This document shows positions 22,095 to 33,184 of a DNA stretch of 64,000 nt, one piece after another (within the stretch, counting starts at the first letter, position 1; each line of letters begins with the position of its first letter). Source of the stretch: Gammaproteobacteria bacterium. GTDB taxonomy: Bacteria; Pseudomonadota; Gammaproteobacteria; CAJXQU01. Below the pieces are notes generated by a model that was not told where the DNA came from, did not search any database, and saw only the letters and a list, made by a program, of their open reading frames with translations. Location: assembly GCA_965238175.1 (NCBI GenBank), contig CBDEGZ010000003.1:64001-128000 (forward strand), read 5' to 3'. Both the position numbers and the translations under genes were made by a program.

Positions 22095-22781
22095 ATGACA
22101 ATAATGAAAAAGCGCGCAGTTGTTTTATTATCTGGCGGATTGGACTCTTGCACGACACTTGCGATTGCGAAATCACAAGGTTTTGAATGTTATGCACTTA
22201 GTTTTGATTATGGACAACGTCATCGTGCAGAATTAGATGCTGCAAAAAAGATAGCACAATCGCTAGGGGTTTTTGATCATAAAACGTTAACCTTAAATTT
22301 AGATCAAATTGGTGGATCGGCATTAACGGACAATACTATAGACGTTCCCATAGATTCTACAGATGAAATTCCAACGACCTACGTTCCCGCACGAAATACG
22401 ATATTTCTTTCACTGGCTTTAGGTTGGGCAGAAGTTTTAGGGGCTGATGACATCTTTATTGGGGTAAACGCAGTTGACTATTCCGGTTATCCAGACTGTC
22501 GGTCAGAATTTATTCAAGCATTTGAGAAAGTCGCAAGACTAGCAACAAAAGCTGGAATTGAAGGTCACCCATTCCTAATAAACACCCCACTTATCGATCT
22601 GACTAAAGTTGAAATAATTAAAGCAGGGATAAAGTTAGGTGTCGATTACAGCATGACAGTTTCGTGTTATCAGGCTGATGATCAAGGCAAGGCTTGCGGG
22701 ATTTGCGATTCCTGCCAGTTTCGCTCTAAAGGTTTTAGAACAGCGGGTGTTAAGGATCCAACCTTATACCTACCGGTTTAG
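22095..22781 (+). CDS. queC: 7-cyano-7-deazaguanine synthase
   Basis: SGGLDS, YVPARN, YPDCR, CGICDSC. Confidence 0.96.
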   Translation: MTIMKKRAVVLLSGGLDSCTTLAIAKSQGFECYALSFDYGQRHRAELDAAKKIAQSLGVFDHKTLTLNLDQIGGSALTDNTIDVPIDSTDEIPTTYVPARNTIFLSLALGWAEVLGADDIFIGVNAVDYSGYPDCRSEFIQAFEKVARLATKAGIEGHPFLINTPLIDLTKVEIIKAGIKLGVDYSMTVSCYQADDQGKACGICDSCQFRSKGFRTAGVKDPTLYLPV

Positions 22782-24660
22782 CATTATCTGTTAGCAACTT
22801 TTGATTTGCAGACGCGATAATTAGAGGATCTGTTAACTGAATGTAGCCATTATAAAGTTCACGGATCCTTCTAACATATACAACTGTTTGACCACAACGA
22901 CAAAAACCAAAACGTGTTTCATTACGATTTTTAGGGTCAGCCATTTTTTGCATGGCTATTTCGACATTCCCAAACCAGCGATCAGGATCAAGATTTAATT
23001 CCTTTGCAAATTTCCGAGCATCTTGAATTCGTTCATATCCAGCATTATAAGATGCGAGAACAAACCAATTTTTTTCGATCTGCGGTAGTTCGTTGTCATA
23101 TCTCTCTCGCAATATTTGCATATATTTCAGGCCTGATTTAATACTGCTTTCCGGATCTTTTATATTAATGACACCAAGCTCTTCTGCAGTTCTTGGCATT
23201 ATCTGCATTAAACCAGTCGCCCCAGCGTAAGAACGAACACCAGGCTTGAACTTGCTTTCTTGATACATTTGGGCAACAACTAAACGCCAATCAAACTGGT
23301 ATTTTTTAGAATACTTTTTGACCAGGTGATCATAGGGTGAAATATAAAAATCTTTTGAGTATATTTCTTGTTTTTTAATTTTGTTTTCATCGAAGTTACG
23401 CTGATAGATGATATTAAAAAATTTGCTTTGAAATTCTTTTCTAAGAAATGAATTTGTGGCCCTATTTAACTCTGTGTTTTGCTGATTTACAGCCCATCTG
23501 TGTAACGGTTTGTCATTGTCGGTTGCGATAACCTTTAAATGTGGGTGAAACTCTTGTGCATAAATATAATCTCTGGCTGAGATCATCGCAACATCAAATT
23601 CATCATCAAGAAACTGTTGTAAAAACGCAGACATAGAAAGTGATTTTTCAGCATCAATCGTTGAAAAAATAAGACCTTTATCTCTTAGATGATCAACCCC
23701 TTTTTGTTGATGATCTGCGTCACGTAACATGATCTTTTTTCCATTTATGTCATGTAAACTCCTTAAGTTTAAAGAGGATTTTTTAGTAACAATAAAATTG
23801 TCTGTTGGGTAATATGGAAATGATACAGTGATACTTGATAGCCTTCGTTCAGTCGAATCAATAGCGGCTATATCTGCTTTGCCTTCATTTAACAATCTGT
23901 ACATTTCTGCTTCATCTTTGGCAATGATCAAATCTAACCACAATTTTTGAGATTTTGAGAATTTTTGTAATAATTCATATTCAAAACCAGTTAGCCTTCC
24001 ATTCTTGAGTGAATAATTTTTAAAGTCAGGCCGTGTAACAACACGAAGGCGTTTTCGTTTTTTAAGATCAGAAAGATCCTCGTGATAAATTTCTTGTAGA
24101 CTTTGGGAAAGTAAGGAACGATTGAAATGATGGTTTAGCGCATCTCTTAATCGTATGTTTTTTGATCGAGTTGTCCATATAACTGGGATATTTTCTTGTT
24201 CAGTATTGATTAATAAAGTTTTAATTACACCCCTTTCATCATCAATACTGCCGAGTAAGATATCTGCCAATCCACCCTTTAGTAGTTGTTGTCCTCGTGA
24301 TAACTTTTTTGTGGAAATATAAATAATTTCCAGATCATTTTCTATAGCAAATTCACTTAATAAATTGGATTCGAACTCATCAATTTTGCTTTCGTCGAAT
24401 AACACGCGAAGGTAACCATATTGTTTGATCGAATCTAAGTCACCTTTCCGTGGCATAAGTGGAAGAAAAGGGTTTACAAAATTAGCTTCACTTAGGTTGA
24501 TAGGTTGAATAGATTGAATAGGTTGAATAGGTTGAATAGGTTGAATAGGTTGAATAGATTGATTAGGCTGAATAGATTGATTAACTATGACAAGAAACGA
24601 CAATATTACACTTGGTAAAAATAAGTGTATAAAAGTTGATAAACGGAATATGCATCTCAA
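22750..24660 (-). CDS. MltF-like lytic transglycosylase with substrate-binding domains
   Basis: SBP family 3 domains plus SLT (QES, GLMQIMP, ASYNAG). Confidence 0.87.
   Translation of the reverse strand: MRCIFRLSTFIHLFLPSVILSFLVIVNQSIQPNQSIQPIQPIQPIQPIQSIQPINLSEANFVNPFLPLMPRKGDLDSIKQYGYLRVLFDESKIDEFESNLLSEFAIENDLEIIYISTKKLSRGQQLLKGGLADILLGSIDDERGVIKTLLINTEQENIPVIWTTRSKNIRLRDALNHHFNRSLLSQSLQEIYHEDLSDLKKRKRLRVVTRPDFKNYSLKNGRLTGFEYELLQKFSKSQKLWLDLIIAKDEAEMYRLLNEGKADIAAIDSTERRLSSITVSFPYYPTDNFIVTKKSSLNLRSLHDINGKKIMLRDADHQQKGVDHLRDKGLIFSTIDAEKSLSMSAFLQQFLDDEFDVAMISARDYIYAQEFHPHLKVIATDNDKPLHRWAVNQQNTELNRATNSFLRKEFQSKFFNIIYQRNFDENKIKKQEIYSKDFYISPYDHLVKKYSKKYQFDWRLVVAQMYQESKFKPGVRSYAGATGLMQIMPRTAEELGVINIKDPESSIKSGLKYMQILRERYDNELPQIEKNWFVLASYNAGYERIQDARKFAKELNLDPDRWFGNVEIAMQKMADPKNRNETRFGFCRCGQTVVYVRRIRELYNGYIQLTDPLIIASANQKLLTDNAKPVGIRLDP
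24499..24579. repeat. 9-bp in-frame tandem repeat (9 units, encoding Q-P/S-I/N)
   Basis: (AATAGGTTG)-like units; protein [27 protein letters not shown]. Confidence 0.92.
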
Positions 24661-24857
24661 TTTAAACTTTCCCCTGTTGGATTATGTATGTCACTTTGAA
24701 GTCTCTATCGCATTTTCTATAGTTATATAGCGACATAAGAGTTAATGAACTTTAGGAGAGTAAGCAATTGAATTTCTCAAACTAAAGAAATTCTCAGAAT
24801 GGCCGAAAATTAAGATTATTAAGGATTAATTAACGTTATTAGGGACAGGTGTTATAG

Positions 24858-25760
24858 ATGCAGACTGCAACAACGGGATCACACGACCAGGCAGAGATAA
24901 TTTCACTCGAAAAACTACTTAAAGATGTAAGCGGATTAGTATCACCACCAGAAATTTGTTTCAAAGTATTCGAGTTGATAGATTCAAAACATGGAACTGC
25001 CGAGGCGCTTGGAGATGTAATATTGCAGGATCCTAATCTTACTGCAAAATTACTCAGAATCGTCAATAGTGCTTTTTATAATTTTCCTTCAAAAATTGAT
25101 ACCGTATCTCGAGCTATTGCTATCGTAGGGAGTGCTGAGCTCTATAGTTTAGTCATAGCTGTTAAGGCGGTACGTTGTTTTTCAAAAATCCCAGCCGATT
25201 TAGTAAATATCGATAGTTTCTGGCAGCATAGTTTATATACGGCATTAATTGCAAAAGACCTTGCGAAGAAGTGTAAGATCCTTCACCCAGAGCGTTTATT
25301 TATTGCTGGTTTATTGCATGATGTTGGTAGTTTGATCATTTTCAATGCGATGCCGGAAGACTCGCGAAATTTTCTCACTCGTGTAGGTGGTGATCAAGTT
25401 GCTCTAGCAGCAGCAGAAACCGAAATTTATGGTTATTCTCATGCCGATGCTGGTAGTGAATTAATGAAAATCTGGAACTTGTCTTCAGTACTGCAAGAGG
25501 CAACCAAGCTACACTATAGTCCCGATATGGCAGAAGCAGCGAGTTTTGAAACATGTGTTTTACATCTTGCAGACTCACTTGCGAACCAGACGGGAATGGG
25601 TACGTTCGCAGAAGAAGCGCCAGAGGAAGTTTTGATTGATGATTGTGTGTGGGATACTTTGAATTTGGATAAGGATTCACTCAATATTGATGAAATCTTA
25701 GGTGAAGCTGGACTTAAATTCGCTGAAATGTCGAGTATGCTTTTAGCGAAAACTTCATAA
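24858..25760 (+). CDS. HDOD domain protein
   Basis: DPNLTAKLLRIVNSAFY, FWQHS, AGLLHDVG. Confidence 0.92.
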   Translation: MQTATTGSHDQAEIISLEKLLKDVSGLVSPPEICFKVFELIDSKHGTAEALGDVILQDPNLTAKLLRIVNSAFYNFPSKIDTVSRAIAIVGSAELYSLVIAVKAVRCFSKIPADLVNIDSFWQHSLYTALIAKDLAKKCKILHPERLFIAGLLHDVGSLIIFNAMPEDSRNFLTRVGGDQVALAAAETEIYGYSHADAGSELMKIWNLSSVLQEATKLHYSPDMAEAASFETCVLHLADSLANQTGMGTFAEEAPEEVLIDDCVWDTLNLDKDSLNIDEILGEAGLKFAEMSSMLLAKTS

Positions 25761-25776
25761 AAATATGATCAAATGC

Positions 25777-26280
25777 TCAGTTCGGGTTTTTGTAGTGAAC
25801 TTCTAATACGATATAGCTTACCTCCCCGCGCTCTGTACGGATGGTAACTTCATCGTCAATAGTCCTTTTTAATAGCGCCTTTGCTAAAGGTGAATCCAGG
25901 CTTATTGATGATTTTGCAGGATCAAATTCATCCGGCCCAACAATTCGATAAGTGACTACTTCTTCATTTTCCGTTTCAAGCACAATCCAGGCACCGAAAA
26001 AAATGTAATCATCGTTGACTTCGCGAGGCGGGACAATTTTGAGATCGGGTAGTCTTTTTTGTAAGTAATGGATACGCCGATCTATATCGCGCAACTCTTT
26101 TTTTCGATAGATATATTCAGCATTCTCAGAACGATCACCCTCTGCTGCCGCGGCGGACAATGCTTTAACCACATTGCGGCGCCGAATCCAGATTGCTTTT
26201 AGTTCTTCTTCTAATTCAATAAACCCCTCAGGCGTGATATAGGGAGAAGATTTTTCTTGAGGTGATCGCCAACGGCCCAT
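25777..26280 (-). CDS. greB: Transcription elongation factor GreB
   Basis: GDRSENAEYIYRKKELRDIDRR, ISLDSPLAKAL. Confidence 0.95.
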   Translation of the reverse strand: MGRWRSPQEKSSPYITPEGFIELEEELKAIWIRRRNVVKALSAAAAEGDRSENAEYIYRKKELRDIDRRIHYLQKRLPDLKIVPPREVNDDYIFFGAWIVLETENEEVVTYRIVGPDEFDPAKSSISLDSPLAKALLKRTIDDEVTIRTERGEVSYIVLEVHYKNPN

Positions 26281-26400
26281 TTAATTTTCCAGCAAAGAGT
26301 TATTGCGTACATTATACAATTCTAATTCAATAGATAACCGTTTCTTGAATGCGTGTGAACTATCCCCATATAAGACCAGATAGTCATTACAGAAAAAAAT

Positions 26401-27048
26401 ATGCAGCCCAACCCCCTGTTCAGTTTGAAATTTTCAGCATTGTTCCCGCTATTATTTATTGGGTTTCTATGGTTGTTTAAATCACTAGAAATATTGACGG
26501 GATTAAGCCTGACTGAATTTGGAATTTTTCCGGGAAGATTTTCGGGGATAATTGGAATTCCCTTAGCACCGCTGATCCACGGATCATTTGCACATTTGTT
26601 CGCAAATACACTCCCGCTTTTTGTCTTGGGAACGATTATGATTCATGTCTACCCTCGTTCAGCGATCCACGCTATACCCATTATTTACTTTCTGTCAGGT
26701 ATTGGTGTTTGGCTGTTTGGCCGACAGGCATACCATATCGGTGCAAGTGGGTTACTCTATGGGATGATGACATTTGTTTTTGTGATTGGCATCATACGAC
26801 GAGACAGACTACCTGTGGCCTTGTCGATGATCACGTTTTTTCTGTATGGAGGAATGGTTTGGGGCATATTTCCAGGCGATCCCTCGATTTCTTTCGAAGC
26901 ACATTTTTTCGGTGCACTGACGGGCATTGTTCTAGCGATTATAATGAAAGACCGAGATCCGAAAATACCTGAGAAACGATATGAGTGGCAAGATGAACCC
27001 AATGATATGGAAGATCCAATAATTGGCGACGAATGGCGACAGCCCTAA
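26401..27048 (+). CDS. Rhomboid family intramembrane serine protease
   Basis: HLFANT, GASG, EAHFFG. Confidence 0.92.
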   Translation: MQPNPLFSLKFSALFPLLFIGFLWLFKSLEILTGLSLTEFGIFPGRFSGIIGIPLAPLIHGSFAHLFANTLPLFVLGTIMIHVYPRSAIHAIPIIYFLSGIGVWLFGRQAYHIGASGLLYGMMTFVFVIGIIRRDRLPVALSMITFFLYGGMVWGIFPGDPSISFEAHFFGALTGIVLAIIMKDRDPKIPEKRYEWQDEPNDMEDPIIGDEWRQP

Positions 27049-29245
27049 AGATAATACTTTAACGGATATAAATCCCCCGTCTAACTTGATTAATTCGATC
27101 AAAGATCTTACTTTAAAATTAGATACCAACCGGCACCGATGTTGTTTCGTTATCGCTGGCGAAAAACGTTGGGGTCGTAATGTGGTTGATCAAATTCTTG
27201 ATCAATTTCCAACTAAGAATATCCATTGGGTTTCAAAACAAGCACCTAAAGATGTAGTTGTTATTGATCCGATGAAAATCCAAACTATTCTTGGTGAAGA
27301 AACAGATATTGTCGTATTTGATGCACTTAGTGGATTTAATCCTGATACCTTTGGTGCTGTTTCAGGTTTGATCCGTGGTGGTGGTTTATTATTACTTCTA
27401 ACACCTCTACTGGCTAAATGGAAAGATTTTTTAGATCCCGAATATCAACGGATCACTGTTTATCCAATTAAGCCATCAGAAATGACAGGAAGATTTTTGA
27501 GCAAAATATCGAATGCCATTCAAAATCATCCAGGTACCATTATTTTTGAACAGAATCAGCCTATGCCAGAGATCTCTTTCAACAGTGAACCAGCAAAAGA
27601 AATCGAAGTTAGGCAAAAAGTAGATCATAAAACAAATGATCCAATCTTTCGTACTGAAGATCAAAAACGTGCAGTAGATGCAATCATAAAAGTTGCGAAA
27701 GGTCATCGAAATAGGCCACTGGTGATTACTTCAGATCGAGGTCGTGGCAAGTCTGCGGCTTTGGGAATTGCCGCTGCAAAATTGATCAAAAACAATTTTG
27801 AAAAAATTATTGTTACCGCACCGCGTTTAGATGCAACAAAACTTATTTTTGATCATGCTGGAAAATTATTGTCCGACAAAGAATATTTTCGAGGGCAGAT
27901 CAAAGTCGGTCATTCGCTTTTAAAATTTTATGCGCCGGATGAACTGATCCGTAGCGATCAAAAAGCAACTCTTCTATTAGTTGATGAAGCCGCTGCAATT
28001 CCAGCACCGATGCTAGCCAAGTTACTTAGTCGTTTTTCACGGGTTGTTTTTGCAACGACGATTCATGGTTACGAAGGAACAGGCCGTGGTTTTGCCGTTC
28101 GTTTTAAAAAAACCTTAGACGAACAAACGCCAAGTTGGAAAGCACTGGAAATGAAAGCGGCCATTCGTTGGGCAGAAAATGATCCATTAGAAGATCTGGT
28201 TTTTAAATCTTTATTACTTGACGCCGCACCAGCAAATGAAGGTGTTGTCGAAAATTTTAGTATCACGGATTGTTCAGTTCAGTTACTTAATCGAGAAACG
28301 TTGTTAGAGGATGAAGATCTTTTATGCCAAACATTCGGCTTATTGATTAATGCCCACTATCAAACACGTCCGTCAGATTTACGTTATTTACTTGATGGAC
28401 CTAATTTGTCCGTTTTTGTGATGCAAAAGGATAGACAGGTTATTGCTACTGCATTGATTGCTAGAGAAGGTGGATTTGATCAAAAAATAGCAGCAGAAAT
28501 CACACAAGGTAAACGTCGTCCACATGGTCATTTGATTCCAGAAACACTCGCTTCACATATGGGTTTAAAGCAGGCTCCCGTTCTTGTTGGTGGGCGTATT
28601 GTCCGTATAGCGGTGCATCCGGCATTGCAACACAAGGGGTTTGGGACGATGTTGTTAGAGGAGATTAAAAATCATGCTTCTAATGTTGATCTTGATTATC
28701 TTGCAGCCTCTTTTGGAGCAACCACTGAACTGTTAGCTTTTTGGAAAAAATCTGAATATGTCCATATTCGGATCGGTGTTAAGCGTAATGCTAGCAGTGG
28801 TGAACATTCGGTTGTTGTATTTAAACCGATGAGTGAAGCAGGAGAAGAAGTTTTCGCACAAGCAAGGCAACGATTTTTTAAACAATTTCCACATCAGCTT
28901 TCCGATTCATTATCGGAGTTGGAAAGTGATCTAGCCGCATTTCTTATACAACAAAATCAAAAAGTAAAACCAACATTAGATGAAATGGATCTGGAAGATA
29001 TAAAAGCTTTTATAAGAGGCGAAAGAATTTATGAGGAATGTTCAGCAGCAATTTGGAACTTTGTTATTGTAAATTTATCGACAAAGTTAACTAATGAAAA
29101 AAACATTGAATTGCCAACGGCTGATCAAAAAGAGTTTTTGATCAAAAAAGTTTTACAAAAGAAACCATGGAACCAAGTTAGTAACTTTGGGAAAAAGTCG
29201 GCTTTAAAAAGTCTCAGGGAGTCATTACAAATATTCGATGCATAA
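27023..29245 (+). CDS. tmcA: tRNA(Met) cytidine acetyltransferase TmcA
   Basis: DRGRGKSAALG, DEAAAIP, TTIHGYEGTGRGF, AHYQTRPSDL, GNAT domain; start uncertain. Confidence 0.93.
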   Translation: MATNGDSPKDNTLTDINPPSNLINSIKDLTLKLDTNRHRCCFVIAGEKRWGRNVVDQILDQFPTKNIHWVSKQAPKDVVVIDPMKIQTILGEETDIVVFDALSGFNPDTFGAVSGLIRGGGLLLLLTPLLAKWKDFLDPEYQRITVYPIKPSEMTGRFLSKISNAIQNHPGTIIFEQNQPMPEISFNSEPAKEIEVRQKVDHKTNDPIFRTEDQKRAVDAIIKVAKGHRNRPLVITSDRGRGKSAALGIAAAKLIKNNFEKIIVTAPRLDATKLIFDHAGKLLSDKEYFRGQIKVGHSLLKFYAPDELIRSDQKATLLLVDEAAAIPAPMLAKLLSRFSRVVFATTIHGYEGTGRGFAVRFKKTLDEQTPSWKALEMKAAIRWAENDPLEDLVFKSLLLDAAPANEGVVENFSITDCSVQLLNRETLLEDEDLLCQTFGLLINAHYQTRPSDLRYLLDGPNLSVFVMQKDRQVIATALIAREGGFDQKIAAEITQGKRRPHGHLIPETLASHMGLKQAPVLVGGRIVRIAVHPALQHKGFGTMLLEEIKNHASNVDLDYLAASFGATTELLAFWKKSEYVHIRIGVKRNASSGEHSVVVFKPMSEAGEEVFAQARQRFFKQFPHQLSDSLSELESDLAAFLIQQNQKVKPTLDEMDLEDIKAFIRGERIYEECSAAIWNFVIVNLSTKLTNEKNIELPTADQKEFLIKKVLQKKPWNQVSNFGKKSALKSLRESLQIFDA

Positions 29246-29267
29246 AAAAACCCCGACTAGCGGGGTT
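29244..29267 (-). terminator. Intrinsic terminator between convergent tmcA and porin
   Basis: A-run followed by AACCCCG-ACTAG-CGGGGTT. Confidence 0.75.
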
Positions 29268-29323
29268 CCTTCCTTGACCCTGATGTTTAGGGTTTAAGTT
29301 TTTATATACAGCTTTACCACGAT

Positions 29324-30706
29324 CTACCAGTAAACCATTGCACGTAATGAAAGAGCTGATGGTTCTTTTCCATCTGCAGAATTACCTGCTCTATCAAAGT
29401 CAACAAGTTTATTCCAGGTTGCCATGAAACGGACGTTTTTGACCGGAGTCCAATTCAGGCCAATAGACAATACATCACCATCCCCACCTTCTGTTGTCCC
29501 ATCATTCAAATCCAAGTTTTCAAAACGAGCAATGGCTTGCCATGCGCCTATACCACCGCCTTTCATAAATGGGCTTTTAGGTGAAACGCCACTGAATTGA
29601 CCTTTTTTGTATTTCATGGACTCACCAGTGAAGAACCAACCTGCTTCGACAGACCAGGCACTTAGTGTGTCAGCTTGACCTGATGTATCACTATCAACAT
29701 CCCAATTTACGTATTCAGCCATTGTATAAAATGGACCGAAAACACCAATTGCTTCTAAATTGAAAGCGTTGACATTATCAACATTTGATAATGACGCACT
29801 AAAAATCCTATCACTGTCTAAGTGAGTGATAGCACGTTGCCGAACTCGAAGACTGTCATCTCGGTTATCAATATACATATATGATCCGCCGATATGTAAC
29901 AAATGGTTTTTATCTTGCAAAAACGGTGTGCCCGCTACACGAATAGAATAAGTTCGCGCACCATCTCCATCTACATGGGTTTCACCACCATCTATTTCAT
30001 CCTGGAAAGCGCCCGCATTTACCAGATAGCGATCACCATCTACACGGAAAGCTATTCCTACTTGTCGTGAAGGAGACAATACACCATCGGCAAATAATGG
30101 ACGACGTATAAACGACATATACTTCGATGAGCTAATAGAAGTCACGCCGAAAGGAACGTGATGTTGTCCAACTTTCAAATTATACTTATCACCATTACCA
30201 AACTTGCTGTTGTATGAAATCCAGCCATCTCTCAGATCAGCATCAGAACCGGCAAAATCATATTCAAGCTTTGCTTTCCAGTTTTTAAAGAATTGTGCCT
30301 GGAATCCTATACGTGCACGACGTAATTCAGAACCTTCACCAATTGCATCTACGCCGTCTTGATCAGAAGCGATTGAGTCCCAGAAAATTCGTCCAATTGG
30401 CTGAATAGAATGTTGCCCATCCTGAGATTCAATTTTGAATTTTCCTTTCATAGTTATTTTTGGAAGATTCTTAGCTGCTTCTTCGACTTTTGCCACTGCC
30501 TTGCTTGCAGCCGCATCAGCATGCTCTTGATCCGCTTTTGCACCATTAAGTAAGATCTGATATTGATCGTCAGTAATTTGTCCATTCTCATGCATGATCT
30601 TGAGCAGATTTTTTATAGTATCATTGCCGGCATGGACTGGTGCTGTAACCGTTACTGCCAAACCCAGTATCGCTCCTGAGAACAAATTGGTTATTTTATG
30701 TTTCAC
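29324..30706 (-). CDS. OprO/OprP-type phosphate-selective porin
   Basis: Signal peptide, ELRRARIG, KLEYDFA, GLNW, C-terminal W; Pho box upstream. Confidence 0.88.
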   Translation of the reverse strand: MKHKITNLFSGAILGLAVTVTAPVHAGNDTIKNLLKIMHENGQITDDQYQILLNGAKADQEHADAAASKAVAKVEEAAKNLPKITMKGKFKIESQDGQHSIQPIGRIFWDSIASDQDGVDAIGEGSELRRARIGFQAQFFKNWKAKLEYDFAGSDADLRDGWISYNSKFGNGDKYNLKVGQHHVPFGVTSISSSKYMSFIRRPLFADGVLSPSRQVGIAFRVDGDRYLVNAGAFQDEIDGGETHVDGDGARTYSIRVAGTPFLQDKNHLLHIGGSYMYIDNRDDSLRVRQRAITHLDSDRIFSASLSNVDNVNAFNLEAIGVFGPFYTMAEYVNWDVDSDTSGQADTLSAWSVEAGWFFTGESMKYKKGQFSGVSPKSPFMKGGGIGAWQAIARFENLDLNDGTTEGGDGDVLSIGLNWTPVKNVRFMATWNKLVDFDRAGNSADGKEPSALSLRAMVYW

Positions 30707-30817
30707 GTTATATCCCCTGATTAGGTTATTGTTTAATGGTAAAAAATGGTAGAAAAATCAAAATGAGTTGCACTCGCGTATTGAATGCAAAAGATATGCC
30801 TCTTGTATTTCACATGC

Positions 30818-30846
30818 GTGAAGAAAATGTGACAGTTATATGACAA
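30818..30846 (-). promoter_or_regulatory. Pho box upstream of porin
   Basis: TTGTCAT-ataa-CTGTCAC-attt-TCTTCAC, 11-bp period. Confidence 0.85.
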
Positions 30847-30894
30847 AAAAATTCGACGGTGGTAAAAATGTTATGAGTTGTTTCAAATCAAAAC

Positions 30895-30923
30895 TTTTCA
30901 TCAATTTGTAACATGATTGACAT
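30895..30923 (+). promoter_or_regulatory. Pho box upstream of phoBR
   Basis: TTTTCAT-caat-TTGTAAC-atga-TTGACAT, 11-bp period. Confidence 0.65.
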
Positions 30924-30957
30924 CTAATTAAAGTTCATTTAGAAATTGGTGTAAAAA

Positions 30958-31644
30958 ATGAACTCAAAAATTCTCATAGTTGATGATGAACCGGCAATTC
31001 GGCAAATGCTGATTTTTGCCTTGTCTACTGAAGGGTATGACTATTCAGAAGCTGGGACAGCAGATGAAGCTCAGAAGTTAATTCAAGACTCGCAACCAGA
31101 CCTGGTTCTACTTGATTGGATGCTACCTGGTTTAAGTGGTGTCGACTTGGCACGACGAATGAAACGTCATCCTGAGTCAAAAGATATGCCTATCATTATG
31201 CTTACTGCAAAAGGCGAAGAAGTCGATAAAATCAAAGCATTAGATACAGGTGCGGATGATTACATCACAAAACCATTTTCTACTCAGGAATTACTTGCTC
31301 GTATTAGAGCTGTGCTACGCCGTAGTGATAGAAACGGATCTGTGGATATCCTTGAAGTGGATGCATTAAAGGTAGACCTTGAAACACATAGAGTCACAAT
31401 AAATGATAAAATATTGGAACTTAGCCCTACTGAATTTCGTTTGCTTCATTTTTTCATATCACATCCTGAACGGGTTTACACTCGAACCCAAATACTCGAT
31501 AACGTTTGGGGCCTAAATACCTATATAGAAGAACGAACGGTGGATGTTCATATTCGGCGTTTACGCAAATTGTTAGCAGAACATGATTTTGATGGTTATA
31601 TTCAAACTGTACGTAGTATTGGCTATCGTTTTTCAGAGAAATAA
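30958..31644 (+). CDS. phoB: Phosphate regulon response regulator
   Basis: LLDWMLPG, GADDYITKPFS, ERTVDVHIRRLRK. Confidence 0.96.
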   Translation: MNSKILIVDDEPAIRQMLIFALSTEGYDYSEAGTADEAQKLIQDSQPDLVLLDWMLPGLSGVDLARRMKRHPESKDMPIIMLTAKGEEVDKIKALDTGADDYITKPFSTQELLARIRAVLRRSDRNGSVDILEVDALKVDLETHRVTINDKILELSPTEFRLLHFFISHPERVYTRTQILDNVWGLNTYIEERTVDVHIRRLRKLLAEHDFDGYIQTVRSIGYRFSEK

Positions 31645-31666
31645 TGTGCTGCAGTAGAAAATAATA

Positions 31667-32983
31667 ATGAATAAAGATTATTTCCGATTTTTTTATATCT
31701 TGTTGGTAGTTTTTGTTATCGGATTGGTTTTTAATCATATTTTTTTATGCCTTTTTATAGCGACATTGAGCTGTCTAATCTGGCAGCAACAGAAACTATC
31801 TCAACTTTTAAACTGGATCCAGAATCGGAATATAAGTGAACCACCAGATGTACCTGGTTATTTTGAAGATATTTGTATCGAAATAGATCGACTCCAGCTG
31901 AGGCATAAAAAACGTAAGAAGAAACTCGCAAGCTACCTGCAACAATTCCATCAGGCAACTTCTGCTTTGCCCGATGCAACAGTGGTTTTAGATGAGGAAG
32001 ATAGAATACAATGGGCGAATAAGGCAGCCGGAAATTTTCTTAATATCCATTGGCCGCAAGACCAAAGACAGCGAATCACTAATTTGATCCGTTCGCCCGA
32101 GTTAGAACGATTTCTAAACAGTATCCAACATGATAAACACAATACTATCGATATAAAATCACCTCTTGATTTTGAAGTTTATCTAAGTATTAGAGTTGTT
32201 CCTTATGGCAAAAACCAACGATTATTCGTTGCAAGAGATATTACGCGCTTACAAAAATTGATCGAAGTACGTAAAGATTTTGTGGCTAATGTTTCACATG
32301 AGTTAAGGACTCCTCTGACTATATTACGAGGTTACCTCGAAACATTAATGCAAAATAAGACGCTTGATAAACAACAATTAGATATATCATTTTCGACCAT
32401 GAACGATCAAAGTCTTCGAATGGAAAGTGTAATAAATGATCTACTGACTATTTCCAGGTTAGAAGAAGGTCGATTTGTTGCAGATCCGGAAGAGGTAGTG
32501 GTTCCAGAAATGATCAAAAAAATCCATGCAGAAGCCGTTGTACTAAGTGGCGATAAACAACATCTCTTCAAAATTAGTGTGCAAGCAGATTTATGGATTA
32601 AAGGTAACTCAATTGAAATTTATAGTGCTTTTTCAAACCTGGTGTTTAATGCTGTTCGATATACGCCTTCTGGTGGCGTCATTGGTCTGAGTTGGTTTAG
32701 TGATGAGAATGGCGCACATATGGAAATCACTGATAATGGTGCGGGCATCCCTCCACAATCGATTCCACGTTTGACAGAACGTTTTTACAGAGTAGAACAA
32801 AGCCGTGACCGTGATAAAGGTGGTAGTGGTTTAGGATTATCCATCGTCAAACATGTACTTGCACGGCACAATGCAATTTTAGATATTGAAAGTACGTTAG
32901 GAAAAGGCAGTGTTTTTCGATGCAATTTTCCTGAAAAAATGATCATTAAAAATTCTACAAAAGGTTTTGATCAGCAAGCATAA
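31667..32983 (+). CDS. phoR: Phosphate regulon sensor kinase
   Basis: PAS domain, FVANVSHELRTPLT, RLTERFYRV, GSGLGLSIVKH. Confidence 0.96.
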   Translation: MNKDYFRFFYILLVVFVIGLVFNHIFLCLFIATLSCLIWQQQKLSQLLNWIQNRNISEPPDVPGYFEDICIEIDRLQLRHKKRKKKLASYLQQFHQATSALPDATVVLDEEDRIQWANKAAGNFLNIHWPQDQRQRITNLIRSPELERFLNSIQHDKHNTIDIKSPLDFEVYLSIRVVPYGKNQRLFVARDITRLQKLIEVRKDFVANVSHELRTPLTILRGYLETLMQNKTLDKQQLDISFSTMNDQSLRMESVINDLLTISRLEEGRFVADPEEVVVPEMIKKIHAEAVVLSGDKQHLFKISVQADLWIKGNSIEIYSAFSNLVFNAVRYTPSGGVIGLSWFSDENGAHMEITDNGAGIPPQSIPRLTERFYRVEQSRDRDKGGSGLGLSIVKHVLARHNAILDIESTLGKGSVFRCNFPEKMIIKNSTKGFDQQA

Positions 32984-33108
32984 CTACACTTACACTTTCC
33001 ATCAAAAGATCAGTTTTACAAAGCGCAAGACTATCAAGCATTAATTAAGTGAGTTTGATGCAGTCTAGAAATACTCACATGGAACCTTAACTAAACCCTT
33101 TCTTTAAA

Positions 33109-33137
33109 GTGTCATAAAAAAATCATATTTATGTAAC
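33109..33137 (+). promoter_or_regulatory. Pho box upstream of phn operon
   Basis: GTGTCAT-aaaa-AAATCAT-attt-ATGTAAC, 11-bp period. Confidence 0.65.
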
Positions 33138-33184
33138 TTTCTATCTATAGGATGCATAGTCATGTTAGCTATAGAGATGTCTAG

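Noticed and set aside
24499-24579. Possible CRISPR array
   Set aside because: 9-bp contiguous units with no spacers; no cas genes or repeat-spacer array seen in the window
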